From contig JAQGDQ010001072.1 of NCBI GenBank assembly GCA_030141605.1, positions 969 through 64,968 on the forward strand: a DNA stretch of 64,000 bases, read 5' to 3'. The notes below the pieces were generated by a model that saw only the letters and a program-made list of their open reading frames with translations, had not been told where the DNA came from and did no database searches. The translations under genes were made by a program, and so were the position numbers. The DNA comes from Tubiluchus corallicola. Lineage: Eukaryota; Animalia; Priapulida. Shown here one piece after another: positions 14,347 through 27,545 of this stretch (positions are counted from its first letter, which is position 1; each line of letters opens with the position of its first letter).

Positions 14347-15415
14347 TTAAAGGAAGACAGGATGATTTGTTACGAAGAAAAAAACTTTAACGACCCAAAA
14401 TACTTATTATTAAGGCCAGTGTGAACCTGACTTAATAAATTTTAATTTTGTAGCCACGGTGGCTCCATCTAGCTAGAAAGTTTGCATTGACCTAGTTACG
14501 TTTTTCATTTATGCTGTGAACATGTGAGTAAACATGTGTCTTGTACAAGCTAGTGAAATTTCTCATTAGATATATGCTGCAACGATGTAAGTTTACTTCT
14601 ATTAATTTTTATTTTGATTTATTCACTGATATTTATGAATGGACTAAACTATGTAACAATCTAACTAAATTAGCCAATGTCAGTCACCTTTGCCTTTCTA
14701 TTTTTTTTGTTTTAAATGTTGCAGAAATAAAGATCAGTGGTTTATATGAAAATTCAACTGAGACTTTTGAAGTTGTTATAAATGCCTCTCAGAGACACTA
14801 AAACTTATCATTATAACATTGCAAGTTCAATCGTCAAATGTGCACTTGTACAGCAGAAATGTCCGGAAATTGGCAGTTAAGCTCTTTTTATTTATTCACG
14901 TTTCTCAAATCCCTATTTCATCAGGATTATTTCGATATCAAGTTAACTCCTCTATGTTATTTCTAAGCTGAGATAATTCAAAAAATTGAGGTGCAGCCTG
15001 GGTGTACCGTGACGCCTGTCATTCAACGTCAACATTTTTCTTGTTAATGGCATTTTTTCTCCTTATAAATAATTTGAAATAGTCCCTGATTCGTTTGTCT
15101 CATTTTATATTTACATTTCACCTCATTTCAAATTCCCTGGTTTAAATATATACTGAACTAGAGATTTACTGCATACTTTGAATTCATGCTGTTTGTTTTA
15201 CATAAGACCTTAAAAATTTGTTATTAACCTGCATGTTTACCTATAAAAAGGTGTATTACCTTGGATCTGAGAACATTTGTCTAGGTGAGAGGCATATGTT
15301 CCACTGACAGGTACTGTTTTCTCTTTATAATGTTATTGCTGTTTTTCGTTCATATTATTGCTTGATCTGCATATTATTTTTTGAATGATGAATTGGCTTC
15401 GCTTGATAAACTTAA

Positions 15416-15990
15416 AGGAAGACAGGATGATCTTTCATATACTACCCCATTTTCAAATTCGATAAAAATTATACATTTTAACACAATACTGCAAAAGCGT
15501 TTCCGGTAATTAAATAATAAATTGAAATCTTAATTACCAATTGACGAGCCCAACGATTGATGACACCACAAACTAACATAATTTTCAACAGCAAAAACGT
15601 TCCACGAGCGTGTTGCACGTGTTTGCGAGAGAAAATTGAAGTACAATGCTACTGTAAGATATTCAGTGTGTTGTACTAAAACTATGCAAGTTTTAAGATA
15701 AAAATTCAAATTTGAAATTCACCGCTGTGCTCACGCATGAGCTGTCGAACCATGTGTGGTTCGTCACAAACTAACACATAGGAACCTTCTTTCTTGCAAT
15801 GCGTTTCTGAAATGCAGGCGCTAGTGTCTGTCTAACTAGCGAATGGTGAAATGCACGTAACAGCGAGGACTAGTAGCGCCAACGTGAAATTGTGCTTGCG
15901 TGGTAATAATTCTTTCACGTAAGTCATTTTTGAAAAAATAGTGTGTTCCCTTTCAATATTTTAAAGATTAGATTGTTTTAAAACAATGTT
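15416..15990 (+). mobile_element. Kolobok-like non-autonomous element, family B (related pieces at ~11400-11750, 14351, ~34130-34690, 52143-52187)
   Basis: Starts TTAA|AGGAAGACAGGATGAT; internal sequence is shared with the 11400 and 34130 copies, which end ...TTTTGCT|TTAA. TTAA TSD with AG termini is Kolobok-like. Confidence 0.6.
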
Positions 15991-16352
15991 ACGCTTCATG
16001 AAATGCCGTGATTAGATTAAAACAGGCAAAAACCACAATTTATTTATATAATAATAATTTTCCTCTAAGATCATTGTAATATGGGCATTTTATAATAAAG
16101 GGCTTTTGTAGTTTGCAAATATGTCATGTCAGTCGATAAAGAGCATGATACACCAAAACAACCAACGTCTGGCTTCCATAATCCAAAACAACCAACGTCT
16201 GGCTTCCATAATTACGCGATCTTGTCGTATAGAATTTAATACGGGCTAGTAACGTTCAAATTGGTGAAAAAAACATTAAATTGTTCGAGTAATGCTGTTA
16301 GTTTTAAACTAACATGTTATTCTTATCGGAAAATAGCAATTACTCCATAGTA

Positions 16353-16907
16353 CAGTTAACCTCGGATACAAGGGACACCTCCGGACCGGGAAAAACCGTC
16401 CCTTATCTCCAGTGTCCCTTATAGCCGTATAGCCGAAGTCGAGTCAGACCGAGGGTGTATCTAGACCTGTACTTTTCTGTACTTTTACCCGTATTTTTAT
16501 GGATTATAGCTACACATTCAGTGCAAACGGTATGTAGGAAGCTCCTTCAGTGATGCAAGATGTATGTGACTGAGGAAACCGAGCTGTTCGAAGGCCGAGT
16601 TTGCGAAAAATTGAGGTTAAAAATCAATCAATTTCAATTTGATCATAGGGTCCCTTATATGCGAGGTAATTTACCTGGGTTTCCATTACACGGGACCTGA
16701 AGATATTGTCCCTTATAACCGAAGGTCCCTTATATCCGAGTACCTTACATACGAAGATTTTTACATAGGAAAAACGTTACGAAAAATCGGGACTGGTGTT
16801 GGTGGTCCTTTATAAGACAGTGTCCTTTATACGCGAGTACCTTATAAGCGAGTGTACCTTATAAGCGAGTACTTTATGAGCGAGTACCTTATACCCGAGG
16901 TTGACTG
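16353..16907. mobile_element. Tc1/mariner (Tigger/pogo-like) MITE
   Basis: TA|CAGTTAACCTCGGATA ... TATACCCGAGGTTGACTG TIRs; internal GTCCCTTATA/GAGTACCTTATA subterminal repeats. Confidence 0.75.
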
Positions 16908-17539
16908 AAATATAGAATTTAATAACGCTCAGAACCACATAAATTAGTGAAAAAACATTAAATTGTTCGAGTAATGCTGTTGGTTTTAAACTAACATGTT
17001 ATTCTTATCCGAAAATAGCAATTATTCCATACTATAAATAATTGAAGCCACAACACCAAGAATTGCTCGAAGTAATCGATTACTTATGATCGATTACGTC
17101 CACTACTACTCAACACACCACAGGTAATTGTGTGCTGAGATTCAAATATAAAAAGCCATAAATCCATATTAGAGATGCGCAGAACTAAACTACCCCCCTA
17201 CGCATTGTGAAGTCTGGATACGCCCCCGTGTGAATTATTTACAGCTAAAACTAAGAAACATTAATAAATTTACTGCTGTCTAAAAGTTCTCGGTATTGTG
17301 GACCCCTATTAACACTTTAATTTTACGTCTGGCACACACACACACACATATATATATATATAACGCGAGTCATATATGACACGCAACACACTAATAAAAA
17401 TGCTAAGCTGCGTACGGTGACGTCTGATTCGAGTACGAGGAGTGGATGAAAACGGTGACACAGTTTTGACCATTAATCTATGGCTGTATGCTGCTTTATG
17501 GTTATTGGTTTTCAGTTCACATGTGGACATGTGAAATGG

Positions 17540-18121
17540 CTGTCAGTTTATAAGATTTAGAGTCGTCTCTGTATATTTAAGTACCTCAGCACAGAGTTTT
17601 GTTGGAACAGCGCATAAGTTATCGAGTTAATTCTACACGTTGTGTAACCTACTTGGAATTGAACCCCGGTCTCGAAATTCCTCGTTTTGAATCGACAATA
17701 TTTGAGCATCATCGGATAAGCTTCACGCGTCTTCAATCACATAGGCTGCGGATAGAAACGGGTAGATGGGCGAGACAGCCAAGGGAAAATGTCCATGTGG
17801 GGACATTCAAACTGAGAAACACGTTATACAGACACGCCCCCTAACGTCAAATATTAGAAACCGCTACGACAATGTAAACTTTGCTGATTTAACTCACTTC
17901 TTTGAGCACACTAATTCTTATATAATATGTTATGAAATTTTGCAACTTTTATGCTATGTACCTTGTATGCATAACACTGTTTTTAATGCTATAACCTTGA
18001 GTAGGAAATGTACGTAAAGTGACAATCTGGACTAAAATCACTAATGTATCGATTGTGGCATTTACCTCGTCCGTCGTGTATACATGTAACTTGTTTTAGT
18101 CAATAAACTACATACATACAT
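17540..18121 (+). mobile_element. LINE 3' fragment (L2/Crack-like)
   Basis: SHRLRIETGRWARQPR...CPCGDIQTEKHVI motif; AATAAA plus (ACAT)n tail; same family as 63030-63500. Confidence 0.7.
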
Positions 18122-18230
18122 GCAGAACCAAGTTGTGTCTTTGGTTTAAATTGTTGAGTTTCACTTGTGTAATTGCGTTCTTGATAACGTGGTATAGGTT
18201 TTTTGTTGCGCTGTATATGTGTGTAATTGT

Positions 18231-18606
18231 TAGGGGTGAGCATTCTCTACCAGAAAGCGAATTCGAACCGAATTTGTGACTTTCGAATTTGAATCGAACC
18301 GAACTTCAGTGTTTCGAATTCGAATTGAGATTGAACGATTTTCGAACCACCAGTAAAAATTAATCTTACAAAGATCATGCATATCACTAGATTTTGTTCT
18401 GCAATAAAACTAGTAATTTCTTTAAAATTGTGTACAGAAATCACAGCTAAATTATGCTAATTGCATGATGTTTCAATCGTTTTAATGATAAAGAACATAT
18501 GTGATTGAAGTGCTGAATTATTCGAATGTATAGTTTTGGATTCGAATCGAGTTCGAACTAAAAAAACTCGTTCGAATCGAATACGAGCGTTCGATGCTCA
18601 CCCCTA
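18231..18606 (-). mobile_element. hAT-type MITE (TTCGAA-rich family), copy 2
   Basis: TIRs TAGGGGTGAGCAT / ATGCTCACCCCTA; perfect 8-bp TSD GTAATTGT. Confidence 0.9.
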
Positions 18607-19339
18607 GTAATTGTATCTTTATAATCGGTGTTTGTATTGTGTGATTTGTTATTGTAATTACCCAATAAATATAAATATAAAATTTAATATCATTTTTTGT
18701 ATATACAACTGATGTCCCAGCTTTTACTGTAAATGAATCTTACTGCAAGATTTTTTCATTTCGATATATGAAAATTCCTTTTACAGTTTAGTATTGTTTT
18801 TATTCTAAATGTACGGGGTTACAATAATATTTTCAGTTCTTAGGCCTAAAAACAACAACAAAAAAATCAGTCAAAATAAGCACGTCGCGTAGGGGTGCTA
18901 CCCCGTCATGAACCGATGTCAGGAGTCTAGCTAGGGGGCCGGTAAGCTCCCCCAGTCCTGGAAACCAAGCATTACCTGCACTTTAGATGTTTTATGAGGT
19001 GTTTTTAAAAAAAAACTAAAATCAAGAAATTCTAATAACAAAGTGGTGCAAACTCTTTATTTTAGACTCCAAAAATCCCTGAAAGTGTAAAACTTACAAA
19101 AGTGCAAACATCGATTTTTGGAGTTTCTTCATGGTCACATTATGTAGATGGGTTGAAATGACGAAGCCATGCAAATGATTAAACTTAATTTAATAAGTTT
19201 ACTGTCACCTTAACTATTAGAGACTCAACTGGTTTTTTTGGCTAAATCTTTTACAAAGTAGCACGCAAGTTGTCGAAATCAAGAGGTTTCAGAATTTTTC
19301 AAAAATTGGACCGAACTATGAATTTGTGGCTGAATATCA

Positions 19340-20225
19340 GGAGACTCCGGCCAAATCACGACTGGTGGCAACCCTAGACTCCAGGACCAGGCCAAATCAA
19401 GACTGGTGGTAAACCGGTAGTGGTGCTGACAAGCCACTGACTTTCCATCTAAATTAAAGTATTTTGTCTTAAATGCTCGCCTGCTTATATGGCTGGGCAT
19501 CCTGCTCTCTGTAATGATTCAAGCGAGCAGTAATGGTAGTTGCGGTAGCATCAGCATGGATTCTTAAACACAGAAAGATTTAAACACTTCAGCATTGATC
19601 CTTAAAAATAAATGCATTTGGGGCATTGCAGGAAGTCCTGGCATAGAGAGGTGAGCAGAATCATGTCCCAGATGTATGATTCATTGGATGATGAGGACTG
19701 GTGACAACCCTAGACTCCAGGGCCAGGCCAAATCAGGACTGGTGGCAACCCTAGGCTCCAGGACCAGGCCAAATCAGGACTGGTGGCAACCCTAGACTCC
19801 AGGACCAGGCCAAATCAGGACTGGTGGTAAACCGGTAGTGGTGCTGACAAGCCACTGACTTTAATTTTCCATCTAAATTAAAGTATTTTGTCTTAAATGC
19901 TCGCCTGCTGATATGGCTGGGCATCCTGCTCTCTGCAATGATTCAAGCGCGTAGTAATGGTAGTTGCGGTAGCATCAGCATGGATTCTTAAACACAGAAA
20001 GATTTAAACACTTCAGCATTGATCCTTAAAAATAAATGTAATTGGGGCATTGCGGCAAGCAGGAAGTCCTGGCATAGGGAGGTGAGCAGAATCATGTCCC
20101 TGACGTAAGATTCATTGGATGATGAGGACTGGTGACAACCCTAGACTCCAAAGGTAGGCCAAATCAGGACTGGTGGCAACCCTAGACTCCAGGGGTAGGC
20201 CAAATCAGGACTGGTGGCAACCCTA
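19340..20225. repeat. nested tandem repeat: 41-bp unit containing TGGCAACCCTA inside a ~440-bp duplicated block
   Basis: Unit GGACTGGTGGCAACCCTAGACTCCAGGACCAGGCCAAATCA; blocks at about 19360-19720 and 19780-20150 are near-identical. Confidence 0.85.
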
Positions 20226-20424
20226 AATGGCAGCGACATGTGGCAGATTACAGATTCGATTTGCAAAATGGATGATGACAAGTTTCTTCTAGTAAACAAA
20301 ACATTTATATATATAACCCTTCTATACAAGACAATTGTGATATGTGAAATGTCTATCTTACCATGAAAAACAAATTGTATAACAAATAAATAAATAAATA
20401 ATAGATAACAATAAATAATCAATA

Positions 20425-20457
20425 TACACACACACACACACACACAAACACGCACGT

Positions 20458-20494
<37 letters not shown>

Positions 20495-20495
20495 C
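20425..20495. repeat. (CA)n microsatellite
   Basis: Directly visible. Confidence 0.9.
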
Positions 20496-20936
20496 ATCCT
20501 ATTTTGTAATGTATTTTACTTTTTTTGTATAATCAGAGAAACGACAGTGAAATTCGATGAACTCGGCTTTTGTATCAGTAGGTTTTCGACTTTTCTGAGA
20601 CTAAATGAAATGACTGTTATTTCCGTTTATTGGGGTTTCGGGCAATGGGGCTTGCTTCATTTTCTCCCGACTTGAGGAAAAGCCCTTCACCACGTCTCTC
20701 ACGGGACTGCACATCTCTTAGTGAAAAAACTGCCACTCCTGTCCTCTTAAAAACGTGACCCTCTCATTCCGGAAAACAATGCTGCATTTGGCGAAGAAGA
20801 GGAGGTCTTTTTCCCAAGCTAAGGAAGAAACTGCACACATAGTAATTTGTTTCTTCATTTACAAAGGCCTTTAATGAAAAAACTAATTGGGCTGAAGTTT
20901 ACAATTCCCACTCACATTAAATTAGTTCCTGAAGTG

Positions 20937-21330
20937 GATTAGGATTTGGTTAGGGTTGAGGTTAGAGATCGGGTTAGGGCTAGGATTAGGATTAGGTTAG
21001 GGTTGAGGTTGAGGTTAGACCTAGGGTTAGGATTAGGTTAGGGTTGAGGTTAGAGCTCGGGTTAGGGCTAGGATTAGGATTAGGTTAGGGTTGAGGTTAG
21101 AGCTAGGGTTAGGGCTAGGATTAGGATTAGGTTAGGGTTGAGGTTAGACCTAGGGTTAGGGCTAGGATTAGAATTAGGTTAGGGTTGAGGTTAGAGCTAG
21201 GGTTAGGGCTAGGATTAGGATTAGGTTAGGGTTGAGATTAGACCTAGGGTTAGGATTAGGTTAGGGTTGAGGTTAGAGCTAGGGTTAGGGCTAGGATTAG
21301 GTTAGGGTTGAGGTTAGAGCTAGGGCAGGG
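20937..21330. repeat. interstitial telomere-like G-rich array with ~47-bp higher-order unit
   Basis: Unit GGGTTA GGGCTA GGATTA GGATTA GGTTA GGGTTG AGGTTA GAGCTA, about 8 copies. Confidence 0.85.
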
Positions 21331-21710
21331 ATGAGAATTACAAATTGCAGAAAACTCTGAAACAGGCAGTAGGCAGCAACAAATTACAATTTCGTGGCCA
21401 TAGAGAGCCTCTAAGTGGACTTAAAATGGGCACTGTAATCTTTTTAATACTTAGGACCTCTTGACGTCTTAGTCGGGCTGCGAGTCAAGTAATCATGCAA
21501 GGACTTTCAGTTAGAAGCAGACTTCATAATACTGACTTTAAAATTGATGAGTACATAATTGTACAGCGTGTGACTGGATATCAAGTGATACATTTTAGCA
21601 CAAAATTGAGACCAAAAACAGCATAATAGTTTCAGACATCTTTATGTAACTAACAAATGTATATACACAAATAAAATCCAGTTTTATAATTTAAGCTGAT
21701 CAGGTGAAAC

Positions 21711-21825
21711 TTAATCTGTTTCTGTATTTTGGGGTTTTTCGCCCCGTTTGTGTGGTATCCAACGAGGTTTTCCTCTTTTTTGCCGCAAGCGATTCATCTC
21801 ATCTCTAAAATCCTTGTGTTCATCC
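21711..21825 (-). CDS. MRPS33: MRPS33 coding exon 3
   Basis: TTTCTAG|G GAT GAA CAC...GAT TAA. Confidence 0.93.
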
Positions 21826-24800
21826 CTAGAAAAATGGAAATAATCAATTTTTGCTTTCCTAATTCAGAATTACGTCTTTTCCAGGCATGCCTATCTACTT
21901 AAAACTAACTGGGTCCTATTAAAAAAGAGAGTTTATCTATGTGACCTAGCAAGCCTTGTCTTAATGTGCAAAGCAGTCCAATTCTCCTAACTTTGTTTAC
22001 AAACATGAAGCTACACGTCTTTTTACTGCATCTTTTTCTTTTCTACAGGTCTCTTAATTTGTTATCTATAATTTTTTTTGTAAATACATAATTATTAATG
22101 AATCCCTGTACTCTAGGTTTTGCCTATATAATTAGTTGGTTTGTTTGTGTAAACTACATGCCATATAGACATACTTCTACTTAAGCTCTCAAGTTTTTGA
22201 ATTTTTTATACCAAAAATTTTCAAAATTTTGCAAACGTAGAGTAGATATTGTTGTTTTGTTAAAATACAACACAAAAACTAATTACCAATTTTAACAGAT
22301 TTAAACACCTTTATAGGCATAGAGCACATATTGTTGTTTTGTTAAAAGGCAACACAAAAACTAATTACCAATTTTAACAGATTTAAACACCTTTATAGGC
22401 AAAGAGCACATATTGTTGTTTTGTTAAAAGGCAACACAAAAACTAATTACCAATTTTAACAGATTTAAACACCTTTATAGGCAAAGAGCACATATTGTTG
22501 TTTTGTTAAAAGACAACACAAAAACTAATTACCAATTTTAACAGATTTAAACACTTTATAGGCATAGAGCACATATTGTTGTTTTGTTAAAAGACAACAC
22601 AAAAACTAATTACCAATTTTAACAGATTTAAACACCTTTATAGGCATAGAGCACATATTGTTGTTTTGTTAAAAAGACAACACAAAACACTAACTAAATT
22701 TTAACAGATTTAAACACCTTTATAGGCAAAGAGCACATATTGTTGTTTTGTTAAAAGGCAACACAAAAACTAATCACCAATTTTAACAGATTTAAACACC
22801 TTTATAGGCAAAGAGCACATATTGTTGTTTTGTTAATACAAAACTTCACCAATTTTAACAGATTTAAACACCTTTATAGGCATAAAGCACATATTGCTGT
22901 TTTGTTAAAAGGCAACACAAAAAGTAATTACCAATTTTAACAGATTTAAACACTTTATAGGCATAGAGCACATATTGTTGTTTTGTTAAAAGACAACACA
23001 AAAACTAATTACCAATTTTAACAGATTTAAACACCTTTATAGGCATAGAGCACATATTGTTGTTTTGTTAAAAGACAACACAAAAACTAATTACCAATTT
23101 TAACAGATTTAAACACTTTATAGGCATAGAGCACATATTGTTGTTTTGTTAAAAGGCAACACAAAAACTAATTACCAATTTTAACAGACTTAAGCACCCA
23201 GAATTCATCTTTTTTATTGCCAAAATTGGCCTAAAAGTTGCTAAAATATAGGAATTGTGTCCCCCCTTGGGGACCTTAGAGTGCTCCTACATGCCCCTAG
23301 CTGTTTGTAAAGGGCACAAACTTCAATTGTTCAATGCCTTCAATTTAAATGTAAGCCACAGAGCATAACGTGGCGGATTTAGTTAAGCCGGTTTCTAATG
23401 TAGTACAATTTTTCTCTTGTAACTAGGTTTAACAGACATTGCAAGCAGACAAAAAGAAATTAATCAGTAGAAATGTGAATAAAGCTCATAAAACATTTAG
23501 TTTATACGATTTAAGTCGCATCAATTTCTTTCCCTCTAAAACGTATCTCTGTTCTTTTACATTACTTTCTATGGAAATCTTTCATTTAACAATGTTTCGC
23601 TTAGCATCGCATTTTGCTCTAATGCATTAGCATTGTTAAAGGAAGACCGGACGATTGTTTAGATTAAATCTCATTTTAATTTACTGTCCGAAATATACAT
23701 TTTCTTGCCTATCAAAGTTAGCAATTGTACCTTATATTTGAATAATTAGCTTAGAAAGTTAATTAACGGCAACCATACACAGCTATTGCTTATGTCAGAA
23801 ACTAGCCACAGTTTGTGCAATGGCAGGCATCTCGCTTGCACATCAAGCACGTTTGCATAAGTGTTACCGTACTGTGTAAATGCATGATGTCACAAAAAAT
23901 GGGCTTTACATCATATGACGTCAGAAACTAACACAGCAGTTCATGATCATGGTTATCACAGTGCCACCTTCTATTTGTCGGCCGAGCGCACATGACAAAA
24001 AAGCGCCGTTGCCAATCTTAGTAGATTCACTGACCCGCATGAAGCTTTGAAAGTTTAACAAAATTTGAGTATCCGAGGTAATTATTATTTAATATTAGCT
24101 TTGATTTAAAAAAGGCTATTGTAATTTTCAATATTTTAGAGTATTCTTTATTCTGAACTCGTGTTTACACAATCATCCAGTTTTCCTTTAAGCAGCACAG
24201 ATTTTTTGCCTCTGGAACGTATCTCAGTTCTCTCACATTACTTCCTATGAAAGTTTTCGCTTAACGATGTTTTGCTTTTTGCGCTAATGCTTCACATTAG
24301 CCTCGTTAAGCAAGGACTTAGGCTTACTGCACTAAGATTACTAAGTGATCAGCAAATCAAATGCACAAAAAAGGAATGAGGGACAGTCAATTAGAATTAT
24401 TTCACTAACCTGTACAAGCCATATTGCCTTAGCTTTGTCATAAGTATCTCAATGGCGGGGATGTTGGGATAATAGTTTACAAATCTGTCGTTTTTGTAAT
24501 AAGGCTCCTCCCCAAAAAGTCTCAAGACCTGAAATAAAGCGAATTAGTGAAATTTCAATTAACATGTAAATATAAAAGTTGGTTGTAATATATATATATA
24601 TATAAAAAAATATGCAAAATTAAAAGAAATGCAAAAATTAAGTATTCACTTATTTGAATAGCCCAATTGTATTTATGTACTTGCTGCAGACAGAACTGTA
24701 AGAAACACAACATATGAATTAAACAAAAACGGTTTGCAAACTGCACCTTGCAGGGTACTCTAAAAATTTACACCTGCATATGTTGTAAGGACATGAATAC

Positions 24801-25652
24801 AAAGCACGAAGCAGCCGATTTTTAGGTATAAATTAAACAGTGATGGTTCCAAAACTACACCTTGAGGAACCCTTATTGTGTTTATAAATGTTAGCAGATC
24901 AATGATGGAATAAATGACGATTGTGCTAAAATTACGCCATGGAAATTTTGAATGACATTAAAAGCTGTAGAAACAATATATATATAAACAATATATATTC
25001 AAAAACATCATCAGTGAATACTCGAGCGATCACGCCATGCACCACGCATTGTAGTTTATGCATTATATACACACGAAAACACTTCCACATGTTTAAATGC
25101 AAACTATTGTATACATAGGCATCACGAATCGTGCAACATGCGTACATGGAGCCCTAGATTTGTTCACATAATACAGTGGTTCCCAAACTTTGTGGGTCAT
25201 GACACCAAAAGGGTCATGAGCCTTTTTCTGGGAGTCATGGAGTTTGTATCAAATAAGCAAATGCATCCGTCTCACTAAAATACATAATTAAATCAATCCT
25301 TGTTAATAAAGATTAATACACATTCATGAATAATAATAAAGATTTTTTATGCTCTCTCTGCTGTTAATCTTTTAAATTTTAAAATAATCTATATGCGATG
25401 TTAAAAATTAGTACGTTTTCAGAATGCAGCTAGGGGTCATTGTACGTTTGGTGAAAGGGGTTACGCGCTAGAAAAGCAGTTTGTTATTTCACTTGACTCA
25501 TTGTTAGTTCTTTGGTGCCAAAAGATATGGTTCAAACAGTTTCAGTTGTAACTAAATACCTTTTTAGACTTGTGGTCAACTGGTCTCACAACTTCTCCAA
25601 AAATTCTTGCACTAAGTCTTGCCATTCGTTTTGCATAGTTTGACGATGACAT
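21711..25652 (-). CDS. MRPS33: mitochondrial small ribosomal subunit protein mS33, 108 aa; complement(join(21711..21825,24410..24528,25560..25652))
   Basis: Spliced translation MSSSNYAKRMARLSARIFGEVVRPVDHKSKK|VLRLFGEEPYYKNDRFVNYYPNIPAIEILMTKLRQYGLYR|DEHKDFRDEMNRLRQKRGKPRW...; matches the recalled MRPS33 motifs RLSARLFGEV and GLYRDEHQDF; canonical GT-AG sites, phases 0 and 2. Confidence 0.95.
22245..23198. repeat. ~82-bp minisatellite in an MRPS33 intron
   Basis: About 11.5 copies of ATATTGTTGTTTTGTTAAAAGGCAACACAAAAACTAATTACCAATTTTAACAGATTTAAACACCTTTATAGGCATAGAGCAC. Confidence 0.95.
23640..24187 (+). mobile_element. Kolobok-like MITE, family A
   Basis: TTAA|AGGAAGACCGGACGATTGT ... ACAATCATCCAGTTTTCCT|TTAA; second copy at ~36018-36565. 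Confidence 0.75.
24410..24528 (-). CDS. MRPS33: MRPS33 coding exon 2
   Basis: TTTATTTCAG|GTC...TAC AG|GTTAGT. Confidence 0.93.
25560..25652 (-). CDS. MRPS33: MRPS33 coding exon 1
   Basis: 31 codons; donor AAG|GTATTT; upstream acceptor at ~25703 implies a non-coding first exon. Confidence 0.93.
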
Positions 25653-25811
25653 TGTTTTACCTCAGTATCAAAGATCAATGAATATACAGAACATCTACAA
25701 CTCTGAAATAAAAAAAGTGCACTCGGACCTTAATTCTTTCAGGACTGTAAGAGTTTATTGCATTTTGCTTGTGTTCATGAAAAACTGTTCTCACTAAGCA
25801 CCGATTACATT

Positions 25812-26456
25812 ATATTTGTGCTTGCAAACCAAAACCATCCATAAGTCGGCACAGTTAAAACTACGTTATGATGCTTCAAAGTAGCATGCACCAAAAATTT
25901 GGTCAAATGTCAATTTTTTATTTTTTTATGAAAACAAACGCTAAATATATTGGACTTTTACATTTTAGCATCAAATTGTAAGGGAAATTACAAAAAATAC
26001 TAAAAATCTAATTTTATAACTCCTTACCCACTTTTTTGTCTAGAAACTGTACCAGTTGCAATTGTAAAAAAACTTGTATTTCCAAACTCCTATTGTAGCT
26101 CGAGTAAGCAGTCATTTTCCTTCAGGTTTTTTTTCTGTTGGCAAGACCAGATCTTCGTCAGGAAGAGTCATCTACTGGATTTAAATGTAACTTCAATTTG
26201 CTCTTGTAAAATCCATAGCAACCACAGTTTCACACGGTTGCAAAGTGTTTTGTAGAGACGCGACAAAAACAATGGCTGACTTTAACAGCCTTTTTCTCTA
26301 GGTCACTTTTTCTCTAGGTATGTAGCTTAGAAATAACATAGAGTGATGAGTTTGGTATCAAAATGATCCTCATGAAAGGGAGATTCATGACATGTGAATA
26401 ATTAGAAAAGCTTAGTTGCCAGCTTATGGACGATTTTGCTATGCAAACACACATAT
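25812..26456 (+). mobile_element. unclassified ~650-bp MITE with ATATGTGTGCTTGC termini
   Basis: ~40-bp imperfect TIRs; other copies at 46711-47376 (+), 49541-50759 (-), 63845-64000 (-), partial at ~54468 and ~14865. Confidence 0.8.
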
Positions 26457-27280
26457 TGATAATTTTTGTAGGTATCTACTCCACACACAAACGGATTTTC
26501 ATGCAAAATCATGTACGAAACGCATTTGCTTACCATAGACAAATTAGAAATAGATTTTTGGCCAAAAAATTGAAAAAAGCTTTCTGCAACTGCACTGTTT
26601 GCGCTGTAACAATTATGTGTACACTATCAATTGTGTGAAATCGGCTAATGCAGAAAATTTCAACTATCCAGACACAACGCTCTGACACACTTTGGCATCA
26701 AGTCTACTCAATTTTTAAGAAGAAATTCAAGTTAAAAGAAGAAACGACCATAATTTTTCCTTTCCTGATAAATGGGGAGTCGCTAAACGAGGACTTATAC
26801 TGTACATACTTGTGTAAAAAACATCACAAGTGAAGCAATGAAACTCTGCGTGAGTTTATACTTACGACAGACATTCATCTTTTCACACAGTCTAGTCTGC
26901 TTACATACTTGTTTGCGTGTCTGTATTTGGCATGATTATGTAAAAATGTAGTTCTAAGCTGCGTTCCAGTACTGGCCTAAACAACAGAAAAGTGTTAAAA
27001 ATGAATAGATGAACCAAAATGCTGTGATACAACTGACACAGGTGACCGGTATCAAAGCATTACTTGTCTTAGTCTTGACTCTTATAGAGCTTAGAAGATA
27101 AAAAATCTAGTTTATAGATTTGATCTTACTAAATACATACGAATCACACTAAAATATGTTTGAATTCCTGTAAATGAGTAGAATGCACTGAAGCTCGTGC
27201 CTTTTTGGAATACGAGTTGTTCCGAAAAATAAAGTTATTCAACAAAATTATTTCACGCTTTATCTGTTTGCAGAACAACA

Positions 27281-27360
27281 CTTACAACAAAATACGCAAA
27301 ACCTTTGACAACTTTTTCGGATGCAGTTCGCTTAGCGCCATCTGTTATCGATATGGCAGA
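27281..27360 (-). promoter_or_regulatory. putative MRPS33 promoter and non-coding first exon
   Basis: Minus-strand donor GTT|GTAAGT at 27281-27285; AGATGGCG motif and DRE-type palindrome TATCGATA at 27346-27353; CpG-richer patch. Confidence 0.4.
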
Positions 27361-27545
27361 AAAGTATGATCCCAACACAGAGTTATTTAATTGTTGTCGC
27401 TGGAGAGTCGAGAACAAGTTGTGGTCTACTACACTTTCGCACCTCCTAGTTTTTTCTGGCCTATTGTTTGTTTTCACGCCTGCAGGCCAGAAAGCAGACC
27501 AACAGGCGTAATATACACCATATTATTATTATTATATGATTATTA

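Noticed and set aside
20937-21330. True chromosome end
   Set aside because: Short, degenerate and flanked by genic sequence on both sides.
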